Positions 38,279 through 53,296 are shown, counted from the first letter of the stretch. The stretch is 64,000 nt of DNA from Candidatus Latescibacterota bacterium (GCA_965217585.1 OZ244561.1:1792001-1856000); one strand, 5' to 3'. The notes: generated by a model not told the origin, from the letters alone. Program-made: numbers and translations.

Positions 38279-38307
38279 GGTATTCCTCCTAGGCGTTGCT
38301 CCAAGCA

Positions 38308-39456
38308 TCAAATCCCGAGGCCAAGCACGCGCGCACAGGTCCCGCCCATGATCGCAGCCAGATCCTCGGCCGAGAGGAACTCACAGTAGTCCTCGATCCA
38401 GCGGCGCGACTGGCGATAGGTGCAAAAACGGTTCTGGAAGGGCATGTCAGTACCCCACAGCAGCCGCTCGGCACCGATGCGCTCGACCATCTGCTCAAGC
38501 GTCGGCCATAGCTCGCGGTACGGGTAGTCGAACAAGTCGCCGAGACGCACTGGGAAGCAGACCTCCAAGCTCAGGTTCGGATTGTCGAAGGGGACCCATA
38601 TCTCGTCGGGCAGTTCGATCCGACTCGGGGAGCCGGCAGGCTCGTCGTCGAGGAAGAGACGCCACGGGAAGCCGTGCGTAAGGCTGCACAGCACGTCCGG
38701 GTAGCGCTTCATCCAGCGCACCAAGATGTCGAGCTCGGCCAAGTAGCCGCGACGCTGGCTTTCCACGGTCTGCAACACCGACGCTTCGCCCGGCCCGGTG
38801 CCGAGCGTGAAGAACACGGGAACGCCGAGCGCGGCCACCGCCTCCCAGAAAGGACGCAGGTGCTCTCCGTCCCACGGGTCGGAGCGGTAGTAATAGGCGT
38901 GGGGCGGGTTAAACTTGATGGCGTGCAGGCCGTGTTTCTCGACGGCGGCGACAGTCTCGGCGATGACGGCATCGAGTTCGCCGACCAAGCGCCACTCATC
39001 GACGGGGGCCATCGAATAGATACGCTCTGGATCGACGGCGACCGATTCCGCCTGGAAGGCGGGATCGCGGCCCAGCATGGCATCGACGTGCAACAGAACC
39101 TTATCGACGCCAGCGTAGTCCATCTCGGCCAGCAGGTTGTGGGGCGTGCACTCCAAGTGGGGCAAGTTGGGCGGATAGAACTGCTTGGTAAAGTCCTCGC
39201 CGTCAATCGTCCACAACACCCGTCCCTTGTCGTGGTCAACGCGGAAGTTGACGTCGGGCAGGTTGTCGAAGTCCATGGCCCCACCGGGAGCTGCCAGCAC
39301 ATCCGAAGAGGCCGGTGCGCGGTCGCGGATGCGCCAAGCAGGCTGGTGGTGAGAGGCCTGACTGCCCTGAACCCACCGGAGGTGATCAGCAGCAGCAGGG
39401 TGGCCGGCGGGGGAGTCGGCGGGGGGGAAGCAGTAGGCGTGGGAGTCGATAATCAT
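38308..39456 (-). CDS. Amidohydrolase family protein
   Basis: IIDSHAY, THGFPW, LLWGTDMPF, IMGGT. Confidence 0.85.
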   Translation of the reverse strand: MIIDSHAYCFPPADSPAGHPAAADHLRWVQGSQASHHQPAWRIRDRAPASSDVLAAPGGAMDFDNLPDVNFRVDHDKGRVLWTIDGEDFTKQFYPPNLPHLECTPHNLLAEMDYAGVDKVLLHVDAMLGRDPAFQAESVAVDPERIYSMAPVDEWRLVGELDAVIAETVAAVEKHGLHAIKFNPPHAYYYRSDPWDGEHLRPFWEAVAALGVPVFFTLGTGPGEASVLQTVESQRRGYLAELDILVRWMKRYPDVLCSLTHGFPWRLFLDDEPAGSPSRIELPDEIWVPFDNPNLSLEVCFPVRLGDLFDYPYRELWPTLEQMVERIGAERLLWGTDMPFQNRFCTYRQSRRWIEDYCEFLSAEDLAAIMGGTCARVLGLGI

Positions 39457-39486
39457 GGGCAGTGCCTTGTCAGTCGCGGCCGGAGG

Positions 39487-40425
39487 TCACGAGAGCTCTC
39501 GCGCAAATTCGTAGGTCCAATCGACGACCCGAAAACCGTGGTTGGTGTAAAACAGGAAGGCGCGGTCGTTGTCAAAAGCGGTGCTGATAGCACCGTGGCG
39601 ATAGCCGCGCTCGCGCGCCAAGTACATGGCGTGTGCCAGCAGGAAGCGTCCGAGGCCGCGGCCCTGGTGCTTCTCTTCCACGCCGAGCCACTCGCAGAAC
39701 GCGAAGTCGTGGGCCTCGTCGGCAGCGGAGGATTCGGCACCGCTGATCAACTCGCACTCGCCGATGCCGTCGCCATCCTGAACGGCCTGAAGCCGCAATC
39801 CCGGTCGGGAACCGGCCCCGGGGCAATCCTCGACGCGCAGCTCGTAGTCGAGGCCGCTAGAATCGCCAACCAGCTTCGGCTGCATGTCTAGCCAGTCGAG
39901 AAACACCTCGCCGCCGGTCTTGGTGTAGCCGCGGAAGCGCAGCAGGGCCTGCACGTGGTCGAGGTGATCGGATAGGTAGGCGTGGGGGAAGGCATAAAAC
40001 GGGTACCGCCAAGGTTGTGGCATGACGACGCTGCGCCGCAGATCCCGTTCGCGCATCCAAGATTCGGCGGCCGCCAGCAGCGCATCGCCCACGGCGCGCT
40101 CGCCGCGACGGTAGGCGAGGAAGCGGATCACGCCGATCTCGTTTTTCTGCCACTTGTTCGTCGCTTGGCGGCCAACATGGACGAACCCATCGCCACCTGA
40201 GTCTGCCACGAGGACAGCCTGCTCCAGAAGCTGCGGCTCGGCCTCACCTGTCTGCAGCGTTTCGTCTAGAGAAGATGGCGTCACCAGACCTGCCTGCAGC
40301 GTTTCGTCCAGAGAGGATGACATCACCGACCAGCAGTGGGGAACGCGGCCAACAACCAACGAATTGTAAAGGTCGAGGATGCGGGACAGGTCGTCCGGAG
40401 AGTAGGGTCGAATCGCGATTTTCAT
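39487..40425 (-). CDS. Tandem GNAT acetyltransferase
   Basis: N-terminal IRPYSPDD...GDALLAAAESW; C-terminal LGVEEKHQGRGLGRFLL...NDRAFLFYTNHGF. Confidence 0.85.
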   Translation of the reverse strand: MKIAIRPYSPDDLSRILDLYNSLVVGRVPHCWSVMSSSLDETLQAGLVTPSSLDETLQTGEAEPQLLEQAVLVADSGGDGFVHVGRQATNKWQKNEIGVIRFLAYRRGERAVGDALLAAAESWMRERDLRRSVVMPQPWRYPFYAFPHAYLSDHLDHVQALLRFRGYTKTGGEVFLDWLDMQPKLVGDSSGLDYELRVEDCPGAGSRPGLRLQAVQDGDGIGECELISGAESSAADEAHDFAFCEWLGVEEKHQGRGLGRFLLAHAMYLARERGYRHGAISTAFDNDRAFLFYTNHGFRVVDWTYEFARELS

Positions 40426-40830
40426 GGCCAGCGAGAAAGGAGGTCGAGCGCGGCTTTGGCTCGCGTGAAACGCATGGGTATCAACACGATGCAGTCGTTT
40501 CTCCTAGGCACATCGAAATATCTGTGCCCATAAGGCAAAAACGGCTTTGGAAAGTTATGGAACGCTTATCCTGTGAGTACGGGGATACAAGGAAGAGTAT
40601 ATCTCTTAGAGAGTCAACCACCGCGCCCGAAAAGAGGCGACCCCGGTACCCCTAATTCAGCACGTGCGGGTGCCAGATCGAGCGCAGCTTGACCCACTAT
40701 CAGAAACGCCGTTTATTCGGTCCGATTCACTGTCGCCTCCAACCTTACCCAACCACGGCTCCCAACACCTCAAGACATTCTCTGCGCCGAAATCACCCGC
40801 CGGGTCACCCCCATACCGTGGAGGAAAACC

Positions 40831-41850
40831 ATGTCCGTAAAACGAGCGATACAGCTCATACTACTAGCACTAGTAGCGATGGCGATTGCAGTCCCGGCTT
40901 GGGGGGATGAAATCCACGAATCGGGACGGCTGCCAGAGGTCGGCGCTGAGGAGGGGGAAACGGACGCCCTCAGCGATATATTGCGCTCTGAAGAGCTGAG
41001 CCTAGGTCTGATCGCAGGGGCGTTGGCGCTGGCCCTTTTTCTTGGCGCGGCCCACGGCCTAGAGCCGGGACACGGCAAGACCATCGTTGCCGCCTATCTC
41101 ATCGGCTCGCGCGGCACGGTAGGCAATGCCCTTTTCCTCGGCGGGATAGTCACCTTCACGCATACTTTCAGCGTCATCCTGTTGGGCTTAGTGGCGCTCT
41201 TTGCTTCCCAGTACATCCTTCCCGAACAAATTTTCCCCTATCTCGGCACAGCGTCCGGTCTCCTAATCATAGGCCTAGGCACATGGCTTTTGGTCAATCA
41301 TCTCAGGGGACGAGGCTTTGGACACAGCCACGAAGAAGAGCACCACGGACACCACGATCACCCTCATGAAGAAGAGCACCACCACGATCACCCTCATGAA
41401 GAAGAGCACCACCACGATCACCCTCATGAAGAAGAGCACCACCACGATCACCCTCATGGGGAGCACCACCACAGCCATGAAGAAGAGCACCACGGCCACA
41501 GCCATGAGATACCCAGCAAAGTGACCCTCGGCAGTTTACTAACCTTGGGGATTTCCGGCGGTATCGTGCCTTGTCCAGGAGCGTTGGTGATCCTGTTGCT
41601 GGCCGTAGCCCTGCATCGCATTGCCTTTGGCTTGCTGCTTTTGGTGGCTTTCAGCGTCGGGCTAGCCGCAATCCTAATCGCCATCGGCGTGCTCATCGTC
41701 AAGGCGAGACCGCTCGTGGAGCGCTTCTCGGGTGACGGCCGCTGGATTCAGCGGCTACCCATTGCGAGTGCCGTGGTCATCATCGTCGTCGGCTGCGCCA
41801 TAACCCTCAGAACGCTGATGGACTCAGGGATTATTCTCATCAATGTATAG
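40831..41850 (+). CDS. rcnA: RcnA-like nickel/cobalt efflux transporter (NicO family) with His-rich loop
   Basis: LGAAHGLEPGHGKT, VTFTHTFSV, His/Glu-rich loop, GISGGIVPCPGAL, FSVGLA. GGAGG RBS. Confidence 0.85.
   Translation: MSVKRAIQLILLALVAMAIAVPAWGDEIHESGRLPEVGAEEGETDALSDILRSEELSLGLIAGALALALFLGAAHGLEPGHGKTIVAAYLIGSRGTVGNALFLGGIVTFTHTFSVILLGLVALFASQYILPEQIFPYLGTASGLLIIGLGTWLLVNHLRGRGFGHSHEEEHHGHHDHPHEEEHHHDHPHEEEHHHDHPHEEEHHHDHPHGEHHHSHEEEHHGHSHEIPSKVTLGSLLTLGISGGIVPCPGALVILLLAVALHRIAFGLLLLVAFSVGLAAILIAIGVLIVKARPLVERFSGDGRWIQRLPIASAVVIIVVGCAITLRTLMDSGIILINV
41350..41458. repeat. Perfect 30-bp tandem repeat (HHDHPHEEEH), ~3.6 copies
   Basis: CACCACGATCACCCTCATGAAGAAGAGCAC repeated without mismatch. 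Confidence 0.95.
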
Positions 41851-41931
41851 CGGAAGCGCCCATTGCACTTGGCGCTGATCCCCGCTCGAGGTTGCCAGAG
41901 GGAAATGAAGCCCAATCCCAGTCCCTCACAC

Positions 41932-41968
41932 AAAAAAAGGGGAACCTCTCAAGGAGGTTCCCCTTTTT
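41932..41968. terminator. Bidirectional rho-independent terminator between rcnA and gltD
   Basis: A7-GGGGAACCTC-TCAAG-GAGGTTCCCC-T5. Confidence 0.92.
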
Positions 41969-41986
41969 CGTACAACCTATTGCCGC

Positions 41987-43480
41987 TTAAGGTAGCTGCG
42001 TGCTGCCCATCAGATAGCGGTCCACCTCGCGGGCGGCACCCCGGCCCTCGTTGATCGCCCACACGACCAAGCTCTGGCCGCGCCGCATATCGCCAGCGGC
42101 GAAAATACCTTCGACGCTGGTGGCGTATTCCTCGTGTTCAGCACGGGCGTTGGAGCGCTCATCGCGCTCGACGCCTAGCTGTTCGAGCATCGAGTCTTCT
42201 GGCCCGCGGAACCCCATCGCCAACAGCACCACGTCGGCCGGCCAGACCTTCTCGGTGCCCGCGACCGGCACGGGCGTGAAGCGACCGTTTTCATCCTTAT
42301 CCCACTCGATATTGACCGTATGTAGCTCCTTGACGCGGCCCTCGTCGTCGCCGACGAACCGCTGGGTCATAATCAGATAGGTGCGCGGATCATCGCCGAA
42401 GCGGGCTTTGGCCTCCTCTTGGCCGTAGTCGAGCTTATAGACGTTGGGCCACTGCGGCCAAGGGTTGTTGGGCGCGCGCTCGTCCGGTGGCCGGGGCATG
42501 ATCTCGAATTGCGAGAGCGTCTTGCATCCGTGGCGCATCGACGTGCCGACGCAGTCGGTGCCGGTGTCGCCGCCGCCGATGACGATCACGTGCTGGTCCT
42601 TGGCCGAGATGTAGTTGCCGTCCGCGTGATTGGAGTCGAGCAGGCTCTTGGTGTTGGCGTGCAAAAAGTTCATCGCAAAGTAGATGCCCTGCAGATCCCG
42701 CCCCTCAATCGGCAGATCGTTGGGCTTGGTGGCCCCGCCGCAAAGCACTAGCGCGTCGTTTCCTTCCACTAGCTGCGTCGCCGAAAGATCCACGCCGATT
42801 TCGGTGCGGGTGACGAACTTGACGCCCTCGGCCTCCATCAGATCGACGCGGCGCTGCACCACCTTTTTCTTGTCGAGCTTCATATTGGGTATCCCGTACA
42901 TCAGCAGGCCGCCGATGCGATCGGCCCGCTCGTACAAGGTCACCCAGTGGCCGGCGCGATTGAGTTGGGCGGCACAGGCCAAGCCCGCAGGACCTGAGCC
43001 GACGACAGCGACCTTCTTGCCGGTGCGCTTGTCGGGCGGCTCGGGCACCACCCAGCCCATCTCAAAGCCTTTATCGACAATGGCGCACTCGACGCTCTTG
43101 ATCGTCACCGGCGGGGCGTTGATCCCCAGCACGCAGGCCCCCTCGCAGGGTGCCGGGCAGACCCGGCCGGTAAACTCCGGGAAGTTGTTGGTCTTGTGCA
43201 GCCACTCCAGCGCTTCCTGCCACAACCCGCGATAGACTAAGTCGTTCCATTCGGGGATTAGGTTGTTGATCGGGCAGCCAGAGCCTTTGTCTCCCTGGCT
43301 GACGATGTCGCCCAAGTGGCAGAAGGGGATGCCGCAGTCCATGCAGCGCGCACCCTGATCGCGCAGGCGCTCGTCGGGGAAATGCTCGTGGAACTCGTCC
43401 CAGTCCGCGACGCGCTCTAACGGGTCGCGATCTTGCGGTAACTCGCGTGCAAATTCGATGAATCCGGTGGGTTTACCCAT
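41987..43480 (-). CDS. gltD: Glutamate synthase small subunit
   Basis: [64 protein letters not shown]. Confidence 0.97.
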   Translation of the reverse strand: MGKPTGFIEFARELPQDRDPLERVADWDEFHEHFPDERLRDQGARCMDCGIPFCHLGDIVSQGDKGSGCPINNLIPEWNDLVYRGLWQEALEWLHKTNNFPEFTGRVCPAPCEGACVLGINAPPVTIKSVECAIVDKGFEMGWVVPEPPDKRTGKKVAVVGSGPAGLACAAQLNRAGHWVTLYERADRIGGLLMYGIPNMKLDKKKVVQRRVDLMEAEGVKFVTRTEIGVDLSATQLVEGNDALVLCGGATKPNDLPIEGRDLQGIYFAMNFLHANTKSLLDSNHADGNYISAKDQHVIVIGGGDTGTDCVGTSMRHGCKTLSQFEIMPRPPDERAPNNPWPQWPNVYKLDYGQEEAKARFGDDPRTYLIMTQRFVGDDEGRVKELHTVNIEWDKDENGRFTPVPVAGTEKVWPADVVLLAMGFRGPEDSMLEQLGVERDERSNARAEHEEYATSVEGIFAAGDMRRGQSLVVWAINEGRGAAREVDRYLMGSTQLP

Positions 43481-43506
43481 TGATTTTTTTCCTGTTCAGT
43501 ACCCTA

Positions 43507-48093
<4,587 letters not shown>

Positions 48094-48133
48094 TTTAATT
48101 TTCCCTTGCTTGATCTTCTAAAAAAGAAGGATT

Positions 48134-48232
48134 AATATATGAATTACGGCTACGTTGTCAAACATCCTTACGCCAGTTTCCACAACTTTCTTCAAACATC
48201 CCTTGACAGCACTACCCTATATGGCCTAAATT
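48134..48232. promoter_or_regulatory. Back-to-back sigma70-like promoters for gltB and its divergent regulator, with a TCAAACATCC direct repeat
   Basis: Minus strand TTGACA (48161-48156)-N16-TATATT; plus strand TTGACA (48203-48208)-N18-TAAATT; TCAAACATCC at 48158 and 48192. Confidence 0.6.
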
Positions 48233-48268
48233 GCGCTAACCTTCACTTTAAAATGGACAATTCAGGCC

Positions 48269-48844
48269 ATGAGACGTTTTGACGAACAAGAGCGGCAGAT
48301 CGTCCGCACCCTCATCCGCAACCCCCGCTGCTCGGACAATCGCATCAGCACCTTAACCGGCGTGCCGGTGCGCACCGTCAGCCGCAAGCGCGCCCGCCTC
48401 GAACAGGAGGACATCCTCTTCTACTACGCGGCGGTCGATATGCAGGCCGAAGGCACGGGCCGCTTCTCGACCCAGCACATGCTAACCATCAAGTTCAAAT
48501 TGGGCATCACCCGCAGCCAGATCGTGCAGGAAATCCGCTCCGAACCCAACGTCGCCAACGTCTTCAGCGAGCTAATCCGCGACAGCTATATCGCCGAAGT
48601 AGATGGCCATATCGCGTTGGTGATGGTCGTCGAAGGCGAGTCCGACAGCGATGTGGCCGAAAGCGTCCAGGGCAAGATCATTCCCTCGCTGCAAAAAAAC
48701 CACGGCGAGGACTCGATCCAAGAGATGCAAACCATCCGCCTGTTGGACCCCATCAGGCGGCTGCACAACTATTTGCCCATGGTAAATACGAAGGCGGGTT
48801 TCATCGTCGACTCTTGGCCTGACGACGCTATTTTCGTCGAGTGA
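48269..48844 (+). CDS. Lrp/AsnC family transcriptional regulator
   Basis: N-terminal HTH DEQERQIVRTLIRNPRCSDNRISTLTGVPVRTVSRKRARLE; divergent from gltB. Confidence 0.75.
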   Translation: MRRFDEQERQIVRTLIRNPRCSDNRISTLTGVPVRTVSRKRARLEQEDILFYYAAVDMQAEGTGRFSTQHMLTIKFKLGITRSQIVQEIRSEPNVANVFSELIRDSYIAEVDGHIALVMVVEGESDSDVAESVQGKIIPSLQKNHGEDSIQEMQTIRLLDPIRRLHNYLPMVNTKAGFIVDSWPDDAIFVE

Positions 48845-48864
48845 CTACGGAAAAACAGCCCCTA

Positions 48865-50235
48865 TTAGCTCTCCTTTACCGCGGCCACCAAATCCAATAC
48901 CGCCTCCCGGGCATTGCCGAAAAACATCAGCGCATTTTCCGCGGCAAAAAGTGGATTGGGCAGCCCGGCAAACCCCGGGCTCAGGCTCCGCTTAATCACC
49001 ACCACTGTGCGCGCATTATCCACGTCGAGGATGGGCATTCCGGCAATCGGCCCGGAATCCGCGTCGCGGGCAAGGGGGTTGACCACATCGTTGGCGCCGA
49101 TGATTAGCGCCACATCGGTCTGCTGGAAGGTCGGGTTGATCCGGTCCATCTCCACCAGCTTGTCGTAGGGTACTTCGGCCTCGGCCAACAGCACGTTCAT
49201 GTGGCCCGGCATCCGACCCGCCACCGGATGAATCGCGTATTCGACCTCGACGCCGCGCTCTTCGAGCAAATTGGCCAAGTCCCGCACGGCGTGTTGCGCT
49301 TGGCCCACGGCCATGCCGTAGCCGGGGACCACCACCACGCGCCGGGCCGTGTCAAACAGCAACGCGATTTCCTCAGCCGAGGTTGACTTGATCTTGCCGG
49401 CATAGACCTCGTCGTCACTGGTGCCGCTGGCGACCTCGGCACCGACGCCGCCGAAGAATACATTACCCAGCGAGCGGTTCATGGCCCGGCACATGATTTG
49501 CGTCAAAATCAGCCCCGAGGCCCCCACCAGCGACCCCGCGATAATCAGCACGTTGTTGTCGAGCACAAAGCCGGTAGCCGCCGCCGCCAGACCCGAACAA
49601 GAATTGAGCAAAGCAATCACCACCGGCATATCGGCCCCGCCTATGGGCACCACGAGCAACACGCCCAACAGCGAGGCCACGCAGACCATAGCCCAGAAGG
49701 CGTCCGGCTCGCCCAGCACCAGCCAAGCAGCCAAGCCCGCGCTGCCGAGGGCCAGCACCCCGTTGCAAAACTGCTGGCCGGGAAACTGGATCAAGCCCTT
49801 GAGCACTTCCATCAGCTTGAGGAAGGCCACGATACTACCCCAGAAGGTCACCGCGCCGATGATCCCAGAGGCAGCCGTGGCAGCCGTGAATTGATAGGAA
49901 GGAGCCTGCGCCTCAATCAGCGCCGCGCCAGCCACCAACGCGGAGGCACCGCCACCCAAGCCGTTAAAAATCGCCACCAACTCGGGCATGGAGGTCAGGG
50001 GAATTTTTACCGCGAGGATCATGCCAACCAGCGCGCCGACGACGGCGCCGAGCAAAATGTATTCGCCGGAGAGGATCCGCTGATCCAGCAGGGTGGCGAC
50101 GACGGCCAACAACATCCCCAAGGCACCCAGCAAATTGCCGCGGACGGCCGTGCGTGGGTGCGTCAGCCCCTTGAGGCCGAGGATGAAGAGGACCGAGGCG
50201 ACCAGATAGGCGAAGTTAATCAGGGTCGCGCCCAT
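48865..50235 (-). CDS. pntB: NAD(P)+ transhydrogenase beta subunit
   Basis: IGGADMPVVI.LLNS, VPGYGMAV, AIHPVAGRMPGHMNVLLAEA, IGANDVVNP. Confidence 0.97.
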   Translation of the reverse strand: MGATLINFAYLVASVLFILGLKGLTHPRTAVRGNLLGALGMLLAVVATLLDQRILSGEYILLGAVVGALVGMILAVKIPLTSMPELVAIFNGLGGGASALVAGAALIEAQAPSYQFTAATAASGIIGAVTFWGSIVAFLKLMEVLKGLIQFPGQQFCNGVLALGSAGLAAWLVLGEPDAFWAMVCVASLLGVLLVVPIGGADMPVVIALLNSCSGLAAAATGFVLDNNVLIIAGSLVGASGLILTQIMCRAMNRSLGNVFFGGVGAEVASGTSDDEVYAGKIKSTSAEEIALLFDTARRVVVVPGYGMAVGQAQHAVRDLANLLEERGVEVEYAIHPVAGRMPGHMNVLLAEAEVPYDKLVEMDRINPTFQQTDVALIIGANDVVNPLARDADSGPIAGMPILDVDNARTVVVIKRSLSPGFAGLPNPLFAAENALMFFGNAREAVLDLVAAVKES

Positions 50236-50238
50236 GCG

Positions 50239-50520
50239 CTAGTCCCGCCTCCTGAACATCCCCAACATGCGGTGCGTCACCATGAATCCACCCACCACGT
50301 TGATAGTGGCGAAGACGACGGCCGCCAACCCCAAATAGGTCGCCAAGGCCGAGTGCTCGGAACCGGCCGAAAGCAGCGCACCGATTAGGGTGATACCGGA
50401 GATGGCGTTGGAGCCGGACATCAGCGGCGTGTGCAGGGTCGGTGGGATCTTGGTGATAATTTCAAAGCCGACGAAGACAGCTAGTGCAAACACCGTCAGC
50501 GCGGTTACGAGGACATCCAC
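50239..50520 (-). CDS. pntAb: NAD(P)+ transhydrogenase alpha subunit, membrane part (PntAb)
   Basis: PTLHTPLMSGSNAISG, INVVGGFMVTHRMLGMF. GTG start. Confidence 0.95.
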   Translation of the reverse strand: MDVLVTALTVFALAVFVGFEIITKIPPTLHTPLMSGSNAISGITLIGALLSAGSEHSALATYLGLAAVVFATINVVGGFMVTHRMLGMFRRRD

Positions 50521-51668
50521 TATAAGGCTCCTTTGCGGATGCGCGGATGGACGATCTCACCATCGCGCAATACCAAAGTCTCGCGCGTGATTTCGTCTTC
50601 CATGTCGAATTGCAACTCACCTTCGCCCGCCAAATGCCGGAAGAAGGTCGCTATATTGTGCGAGTACATTTGGCTGGCGTGGTGCGGCACGGTCGCCGGC
50701 AGATTGAGCGGCCCCATGATCTGCACTCCGTCCTCTACGACCGTCTCCCCAGGACGCGTCAGCTCGCAGTTGCCACCGCGCTCGGCGGCCAAATCGACGA
50801 TGACCGACCCCGGCCCCATGCTCTGCACGGCCGCGGCCGTAATCAACAAAGGGGCAGGTTGCCCCGGTATCGCAGCCGTGGTGATGACCACGTCGCTCTG
50901 GCCGGCAACTTTGGCTAACTCCTCGCGCTGGCGACGGTAGAAAACCTCGTCTTGCGCCCGCGCGTACCCCCCCGCGTCCTCAGAGTCACCAGCGTCGATG
51001 TCCAATTCCACGAACTCGGCCCCGAGGCTCTCGACCTGTTCTTTAACCGCTGGCCGCACGTCGTACGCCCGGATGACCGCTCCTAGGCGCCGGGCCGTGG
51101 CAATGGCTTGGAGACCGGCGACCCCTGCGCCAATGACCAGTACCCGGGCCGGGGTCAACGTACCAGCGGCTGTCATCAAGAGCGGAAACATGCGCGGCAG
51201 GGCCGCAGCGGCCAAGAGCACCGCTTTGTAGCCAGCGATCGTGGCCATAGACGAGAGCACATCCATGCTCTGGGCGCGGGTAATGCGCGGAATCAGTTCC
51301 ATGGCGAACAGGGTCGCTCCGGCATCGGCCAGCGCAGATAGTTGGGGACCAGCGGTCAGCGGGTCCGAAGCCCCAATGAGGACTTGACCAGAGCGGATCC
51401 GGGCCAAATCGGCGCGGCCAGCCTCCAGATTCGCGCCGAGCGTGCGCACCTGTAGCACCACGTCGGCGCGGGCGAACACCTCATCGCGGTCGGCGGCGAT
51501 CTCAGCACCGCGGTCGGCATAGGCCGCATCGGCATATCCGGCTGCGGCACCCGCGCCCGGCTCTATTAGGAGGTCCGCGTTGCAGGCCGACAACCCGGAC
51601 ACAGCCTCCGGGACCAAGGCGACCCGATGCTCTCCAGCGAAGGTCTCTCGTGCGATACCAACGATCAT
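50520..51668 (-). CDS. pntAa: NAD(P)+ transhydrogenase alpha subunit, NAD-binding part (PntAa)
   Basis: ELIPRITRAQSMDVLSSM, GAGVAGLQAIATA, DLAAERGGNCE. Confidence 0.96.
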   Translation of the reverse strand: MIVGIARETFAGEHRVALVPEAVSGLSACNADLLIEPGAGAAAGYADAAYADRGAEIAADRDEVFARADVVLQVRTLGANLEAGRADLARIRSGQVLIGASDPLTAGPQLSALADAGATLFAMELIPRITRAQSMDVLSSMATIAGYKAVLLAAAALPRMFPLLMTAAGTLTPARVLVIGAGVAGLQAIATARRLGAVIRAYDVRPAVKEQVESLGAEFVELDIDAGDSEDAGGYARAQDEVFYRRQREELAKVAGQSDVVITTAAIPGQPAPLLITAAAVQSMGPGSVIVDLAAERGGNCELTRPGETVVEDGVQIMGPLNLPATVPHHASQMYSHNIATFFRHLAGEGELQFDMEDEITRETLVLRDGEIVHPRIRKGAL

Positions 51669-51671
51669 TTA

Positions 51672-51962
51672 TTAGTGATGGGACACCAGCTTGTCGTGGT
51701 GCTTTTTGAGCTGGCTTTCGATTTTGGACTCGGCTTCGGCGAGGGCCTTGTAGAGATTGTCCGCCGCCCCTGTGGCCGCGAACGTACGGTGCGGTACCTT
51801 GACGATAATTTCCACTTTGTCGTCGTGTTTTTCCTTGTCGAGGACGACTTCGCAATCCACGATGCGGTCGAAGTAGTTTTCGAGCTTATTACAAGAACTA
51901 GCAATGTGCGCTTTGGTTTCTTCTGAAATCTTGCCGTGGCGCATACTGATTCTGGTCTGCAT
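51672..51962 (-). CDS. hpf: Ribosome hibernation promoting factor (short HPF/RaiA)
   Basis: ISMRH, KLENYFDRI, NLYKAL...KIESQLKKHHDKL. Confidence 0.88.
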   Translation of the reverse strand: MQTRISMRHGKISEETKAHIASSCNKLENYFDRIVDCEVVLDKEKHDDKVEIIVKVPHRTFAATGAADNLYKALAEAESKIESQLKKHHDKLVSHH

Positions 51963-52012
51963 CCCCTAATCCTTTCTCAATTATTTAGACAAAATTTAAT
52001 CGCCGACCCGCC

Positions 52013-53296
52013 TTAGGGCCGCTCTGCGAGAGGCTGATAGGTGCGCTGAACCGAGCCGGTGTAAACCTGACGCGGGCGGCTGATTTTGGTGGCTTTGCTC
52101 TCCTCGTACCAATGCGCGATCCAGCCCGGCATGCGGCCGATGGCGAAGATCACGGTGAACATCTCCTTGGGAATGCCGAGGGCGCGGAGAATGACGCCGC
52201 TGTAGAAATCCACGTTGGGATAGAGCTTGCGCTGGATGAAGTAATCGTCCCCCAGCGCCACAGCTTCCAGCTCTTTCGCGATGTCGAGCAGGGGGTCGTT
52301 GATGTGGAGCTTAGCCAACACTTTCTCGCAGCTCTTTTTGATGATCTTAGCGCGCGGGTCAAAATTCTTGTACACCCGATGCCCAAACCCCATCAAGCGG
52401 ATCCCGGCTTTCTTGTCCTTGACCTGAGCGACGTAGTCGCCGACCGAAACGTTTTCGTCGCGGAATTTCTCTAGCATGTCCACCACCGCCACATTGGCCC
52501 CGCCGTGCAGCGGCCCCCATAGAGCGGAGACGCCCGCCGCCACCGAGGCGAAGAGGTTGGCTTCGCTGCTGCCGACCATCCGCACCGTCGAGGTGCTGCA
52601 ATTCTGCTCGTGGTCGGCGTGGAGGAGGAAGATCAAATCCAGCGCGTCGACCAGCACGGGGTCCGCCTCAAACTCGTTGTACGGCTGGCTGAACATCATG
52701 TGCAGGAAATTCTCTGCGTACCTTTTTTTTGGATGCGGGTACTCGATGTGGTGGCCTAGCTGCTGGCGATGGGAATAGGCGGCAATGGTGCGGACCTTGG
52801 ACATGATGCGCGCGGCTGCTTCGATGAAGGTCTCCTCGTCCTGAATCTCCAACAGCTCGGGATAGTAGCAGCTCAAGGCATTGAGCACCGAGGACAAGAC
52901 GGCCATTGGCGGCGAGTTGGGCGGAAAGAGGCTGAAGTGTTGCTTTAGTTCCTCGCGCAGCATCTGGTGCTTGGTCAATAGCGCGCTGAACTCGTCTAGC
53001 TGCGCGGCGTTGGGCAACTCACCCCAGATCAGCAAATAGGCGACCTCGATGAAGCGGCTGTACTCGGCCAAGTCCTCGATCGCATAGCCTCGGTAGCGCA
53101 AAATGCCCGCATCGCCGTCGATAAAGGTGATATCGCTCTGACAGGAGCCCGTATTGCCGTAGCCGGGATCTAGGGCGATGTACCCGGTTTCGGCGCGCAG
53201 TTTGGCAATATCGAGTGCCTTTTCGCCCTCGCTGCCGACGACGACAGGCAGTTCGACGGTCTGGTCCCCGACCTGCAAGCGGGCGGTTTCCGCCAT
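52013..53296 (-). CDS. gltA: Citrate synthase (type II)
   Basis: DPGYGNTGSCQS, LHADHEQNCSTST, LWGPLHGGAN, GFGHRVYKNFDPRA, LYPNVDFYSG. Confidence 0.98.
   Translation of the reverse strand: MAETARLQVGDQTVELPVVVGSEGEKALDIAKLRAETGYIALDPGYGNTGSCQSDITFIDGDAGILRYRGYAIEDLAEYSRFIEVAYLLIWGELPNAAQLDEFSALLTKHQMLREELKQHFSLFPPNSPPMAVLSSVLNALSCYYPELLEIQDEETFIEAAARIMSKVRTIAAYSHRQQLGHHIEYPHPKKRYAENFLHMMFSQPYNEFEADPVLVDALDLIFLLHADHEQNCSTSTVRMVGSSEANLFASVAAGVSALWGPLHGGANVAVVDMLEKFRDENVSVGDYVAQVKDKKAGIRLMGFGHRVYKNFDPRAKIIKKSCEKVLAKLHINDPLLDIAKELEAVALGDDYFIQRKLYPNVDFYSGVILRALGIPKEMFTVIFAIGRMPGWIAHWYEESKATKISRPRQVYTGSVQRTYQPLAERP

Noticed and set aside
40520-40830. Riboswitch (c-di-GMP-I, NiCo or cobalamin) upstream of rcnA
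   Set aside because: Only loose GGCAAA...GAAA...ACGC resemblance and convincing stems could not be built by eye; an Infernal/Rfam scan would settle it.
41350-41458. Possible CRISPR array (30-bp repeats)
   Set aside because: Head-to-tail with no spacers, in frame within rcnA; no cas genes in the window.
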